DNA from: the human T2T-CHM13v2.0 reference genome, Homo sapiens
Assembly (NCBI RefSeq): GCF_009914755.1
Contig: NC_060926.1
Strand: one strand, 5' to 3'
DNA length: 64,000 nucleotides
In this document: one piece after another, positions 59,459 through 64,000 of the stretch
How the letters are laid out: each line of letters starts with the position of its first letter
How positions within the stretch are numbered: position 1 is the stretch's first letter
The notes under the pieces: model-generated
What the model was told of the DNA's origin: nothing
Database searches by the model: none
Seen by the model: the letters and a program-made list of their open reading frames with translations, nothing else
Position numbers and translations under genes: made by a program

Positions 59459-60780
59459 TAGACCCCAATGAGGAGGGAAATGGGGTTGGGTGAAGGCCAT
59501 GGGTAAGGAGCAAGGAGAGACCTAGAATTCCTACCCCTAGAGACCAGAAAAGATCATTGCTAAGTGCCTTCCTTGTGTGGCTCGTGTGAGGGGTTCCATG
59601 GACATTAACTGAATTAATCTTTAGGCATTTGTGTCCTGTTTTACCAAAGGCTTGAAAACAAGGCTCAGTGACATAGGTGCAGCTTTCCCAGGGCCACACA
59701 GGTGTACATGGGCAAACTGAGATTTGAATTCAGGTCTGACATCCTCCAAATTGCATGTTCTTCTGCTGGGCGCACTCATGAACAGAGGTGTGAGGAGGAT
59801 GATAAAAGTGAAGGAGGAAAAGTTACACAGTCTAAAAGAAAACTGAGGAAAGAGAAAAGAGGTGATGGCACAGAGTCAAGTCTTTCAGGGAGGATGGGGC
59901 AGAGTTTCTTGCCAGCCTGCTCCTTGCTGCCCTGCATGTCTGCTTTCTCATCTGAGAGCCAGAGGGATGTAGTGACAAATTCCCAAACTTAGCACTAGGT
60001 TTCAGACCCTCAGTGGGGTGTGAGCCAGGATGGTGGAAGAAGAGCGGGAGTGGCTGCTGGCAATGGGCGCCTATGACAGGAGGCTATGTGCCCAGTGTGT
60101 CACAAGCATTATCCCACCAGCACTCACCACACTGCCCTCCCCTTAGTGCTGTGGTTTGTCTCATTTTAGAGGCTAGATATTCAACAGCTTGCCCAAGGTC
60201 ATAAGGTGCTGGGTATCTGGGCCAGTTCTTTGTGATTCTGGGGCTCAATGCTTGCCCATTGTGGTTGTATAGGTGCCAACCAGAAGGACCGGAAGGGGAA
60301 GGAAGAGAGGTGGGGAGCTGAGCCAGCCATTAAGGAATAAGGAATGCAGGGAGGAGCTTTCCCCTTGCAGCTTCTCCAACTCCCACCTGGGTGTCTGATG
60401 CAGCTCTGAGCCCCACAGCCCTCCCCTCTAAGCCCACTGCCCAGGTGCTGTTGGAGGCAATCCTCCTCCTACCCTCTCTTTGATCTGGCGATGCACAGTG
60501 AAAGGGGTGTGGCCCTCCCTCCAAAGGGCATCTGGATTAGAGGGTGGGGTAGATAAGTGTAGGTGATAGGGAGGGAAAGTGAAGTACACTGTGTACAAGA
60601 TGGAGACAAAATGGTTAGAACTGACGGTGATGGGATGTGGAGGTGTAGAGAGAAAGGGAGGCTCCTGACTTGGGTGAAGAGGTGGACAGTGATGCTACTA
60701 ATGGAAATGGGAATACATGAGGGAGACCACCTTTCCCAGATTCTGCAATAGTATTTTATGCTATACATTTATTAGGTATG

Positions 60781-62638
60781 TATATTAGTCCATTTTCATG
60801 CTGCTCAGAAAGACATACCTGAGACTGGGCAATTTACAAAAGAAATAAGTTTATTGGACTTATAGTTCCACATGGCTAGAGAGACCTCACAATCATGGCA
60901 GAAGGCAAGGATGAGCAAGTCACATCTTACATGGATGGCAGCAGGCAAAGAGAGCTTGTGCAGGGAAAATCCCATCTTTAAAACTGTCAGATCTTGTGAG
61001 ATTCATTCACTATCAGAGAACAGTACAGGAAAGACCCACCCCCATAATTCAATTACCTTCCACCAGGTTCTTCCTGCAACACATGGGAATTGTGGGAGTT
61101 ATAATTCAAGATGAGATTTAGGTGAGGACACAGCCAAACCATATAATTCCATCCCTGGCCACTACCAAATCTCATGTCCTCACATTTCAAAACCAATCAT
61201 GCCTTCCTAACAGTCTCCCAAAGTCTTAATTCATTTCAGCATCAACTCAAAAGTCCACAGTCCAATGTCTTATCTGAGACAAGGCAAGTCCCTTCTGCCT
61301 ATGAGCATGTAAAATTAAAAGCAACTTAGTTATTTCCTAGATACAATGGGGGTACAGGCATTGGTTAAATACAGCCATTCCAAATGGGAGAAATTGGCCA
61401 AAACAAAGGCTACAGGCCCCATGCAAGTCTGAAATCCAGCAGGGCAGTCAAATCTTAAAGCTCCAAAATGATCTCCTTTGACTCTATGTCTCATATTCAG
61501 GTCATGCTGACGCAAGAGGTGGAAGGCGTGTTCCCATCGTCTTGGGCAGCTTGGTCCCTATGGCTTTGCAGAGTATAGCCTCCCTTCTGGTTGCTTTCAT
61601 GGGCTGGCATTGAGTGTATGCAGCTTTTCCAGGTGCATGGTGCAAGCTATTGGTGGATCTACCATTCTGGTATCTGGAGGATACCAGCTGTTTTCACAGC
61701 TCCACTAGGGGTTCCCCAGTAGGGACTCTGTGTGGGGGCTCTGACCCCACATTTCCCTTCCGCACTGCCCTAGCAGACGTTCTCCATGAAAGCCCTGCAG
61801 CAAACTTCTGCCTGGACATCCATGCATTTCCATACATCCTCTGAAATCTAGGCAGAGGTTCCCAAACCTCAATTCTTGACTTCTGTACATCTGCAGGCTC
61901 AACACCACATGGAAGCTGCCAAGGCTTGGGGCTTGCACCCTCTGAAGCCATGGCCCGAGCTGTACCTTGGCCCCTTTTGGTCATGGCTGGAGTGGCTAGG
62001 ATGCAGGGCACCAAGTTCCTAGGCTGCACATAGCACCAGTACCCTGGGCTTGGCCCATGAAACCATTTTTTCCTCCTAGGCCTCTGGGCCTGTGATGGGA
62101 GGGGCCACCATGAAGATCTCTGACATGTCCTAGAGATTTCCCCATTGTCTTGGGGAGTACATTTGGCTCCCTGTTACTTATGCAAATTTCTGTAGCTGGC
62201 TTGAATTTCTTCTCAGAAAATGGGATTTTATTTTCTATCACATTGTCAGGCTGCAAATTTTCCAAACTTTTATGCTCTGCCTCCCTTATAAAACTGAATG
62301 CCTTTAACGGCACCCAAGTCACCTCTTGAATGCTTTGCTGCATAGAAATTTCTTCTGCCAGAAACCCTAAATCATCTCTCTCAAGTTCAAAGTTCCACAA
62401 ATCTCTAGGGTAGGGATAAAACGCCACCAGTGTCTTTGCTAAAACATAACAAGAGCCACCTTTGCTCCAGTTCCCAACAAGTTCCTCATCTCCATCTGAG
62501 ACTATCATGAGAACAGTGCAGAAAAGACCTGCCCCCATAATTCAATTTCCTTCCACCAGTTCCTCCCATGACATGTGGGAATTGTGGGAGTTACAATTCA
62601 AGATGAGATTTGGGTGGGGACACAGCCAAACTGTATCA
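60781..62638 (-). mobile_element. THE1 (THE1B-like) element with internal deletion: LTR 60781-61146, internal 61147-62501, partial LTR 62502-62638
   Basis: THE1 LTR and internal sequence; TSD GTATG (60776-60780, 62639-62643). Confidence 0.93.
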
Positions 62639-64000
62639 GTATGAGTGATTTGATGGAATTTTTTCTGAAAAAAAAAATCAACCTCTTTCTTGCATATGGT
62701 GGTAGAAAGATATATCTGTATATAAATTTCAAGAATACATGGGGTGTAACTATTCTATTTGACTCAAATTCATATTGCCTTCCTGTTTCAAGTTAATATT
62801 ACTTTTTCTCCCTTCTTGTCATTCCCTTATATTTTTTACTGTCTAGGTTAAAAAACACACAGCTTCTTCTGTGTAATTGGTCTAGCAAATTCTTCCTGAA
62901 TTTTTTGAATACTGGGTTGAGGGTCCTACTTATTTTTCATCAGCAATATACCCAGAGCATGTAGTAGTAACTGTTCATTTACAGAGCATTTCAGGAACTT
63001 TCTTTGGTTTGAGCCTACCCTGTTTGGGAAACAGCTATGCTGTTTCTTGCTTAGTGCCTGATGCCTGAGTAGCTGTTCAGGATGACGCAGTGGTGAGCCT
63101 GGGAACGGGGAGTACCTGGCCTCCTGAGCCCATCCAGCATTCTGCCTCTGCTCTCCTGTGCTTTAGGCAGTGCGTGCAGTCATTCCCTGGGGAATCTGCA
63201 AAGCCTGCAAGGCATCTGCTCCCAAGGGCACCTGCTCACAAGCTCCTCCAGTGTCCGTAGTGGGGTGGAGAGGGGTGATGGGGATCCTTTTTTGCCCCTG
63301 GATTGCTGAAGCCTAAAATTATATATTAAAAAAAGTCATGATTCTACATTTCAGAGAAGTATTAACTACAGACATTTCGATGAGTGCTGATGTACACTTC
63401 AGGCCCTCTCTTAGGAAGGGAGGATGGAGAAAAAAGCTATCGGGCTGCAGGACTGGAATGGCTCACCTTCCAGTGTCACCCCTGGTCAGCCCACCCACCA
63501 GAATGGCCAGAAGTTGGCCATTGTAGGAGGCGTGAGTTGCAGGCTGACTGGGCCTTACCCCATGGGTCTTCTCTGGGCCCAGGAAGCATCAGATAGTGGC
63601 ATGGATTCCTGCTGAGCAGGGGAACCCACTGCTTTCCCCTCTCACAGTCAGGCCCTTTCCAGGCAGGCCCCAGGACCACATGTTGCTTCTTCTCTTTGTT
63701 TTCCTCTCAGTCAAGTTTCCCTAATTCAAGGCTTCAAGAGACTGGAGGGGAGACAATGGTCCCTGGACGGGAGGGACGGTGGACTCTGTCTGCCTCTCGG
63801 AGACCCTCCCTTAGGAGCTGGGGCTGCATTGCTTTCATTTCTTTTGTTACTGCCTTGAAAACGTGTTTGTCCTAAGAATTGTAGGAAATGCATAGATTAT
63901 TCTGCCCCTATTACTTTCAGGAACTTTTAAAGGCTGACAAATCCTTGTAATTATCTTTCTATAAATTATATTTATTTCACTACTCTATAAAATGAAACCT

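Noticed and set aside
61996-62538. Longest ORF in the track (180 aa, - strand) and similar ORFs at 7333-8769
   Set aside because: They lie within THE1 internal sequence; degenerate MaLR ORF remnants with no evidence of a functional gene.
63000-63830. GC-richer unique stretch as an alternative RAPGEF4 promoter
   Set aside because: No CpG island, TATA box or convincing first-exon donor visible; cannot be supported from sequence alone.

Overview
Primate (human-type) genomic DNA, AT-rich and repeat-dense. It is almost entirely intronic sequence of RAPGEF4 (Epac2, cAMP-GEF II) on the + strand. Two coding exons are visible, 53573-53715 and 56073-56161, encoding the start of the N-terminal cyclic-nucleotide-binding domain (CNB-A). 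The rest is a long upstream intron, a 2.36-kb intron and the start of the next intron. These contain about 25 Alus, two THE1 (MaLR) proviral elements with intact 5-bp TSDs, many MLT/ERV1 LTRs, old L1/L2/MIR fragments and several DNA-transposon MITEs. The most notable feature not explained by the host gene or the repeats is a decayed, intronless RING + PRY/SPRY (B30.2) gene without B-box or coiled coil (RFPL-type architecture) at about 23912-24585; an MLT1 LTR is inserted exactly at its apparent start-codon context. The window also carries several DNA-repair-like scars: a two-template composite insertion, a 23-bp inverted patch shared between neighbouring Alus, a tight Alu hairpin with templated filler between the two exons, and a perfect 42-bp tandem duplication. 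There is also one candidate poison or recursive-splicing exon. Repeat subfamily names are from visual recognition and coordinates of old repeats are approximate; no database searches were run.
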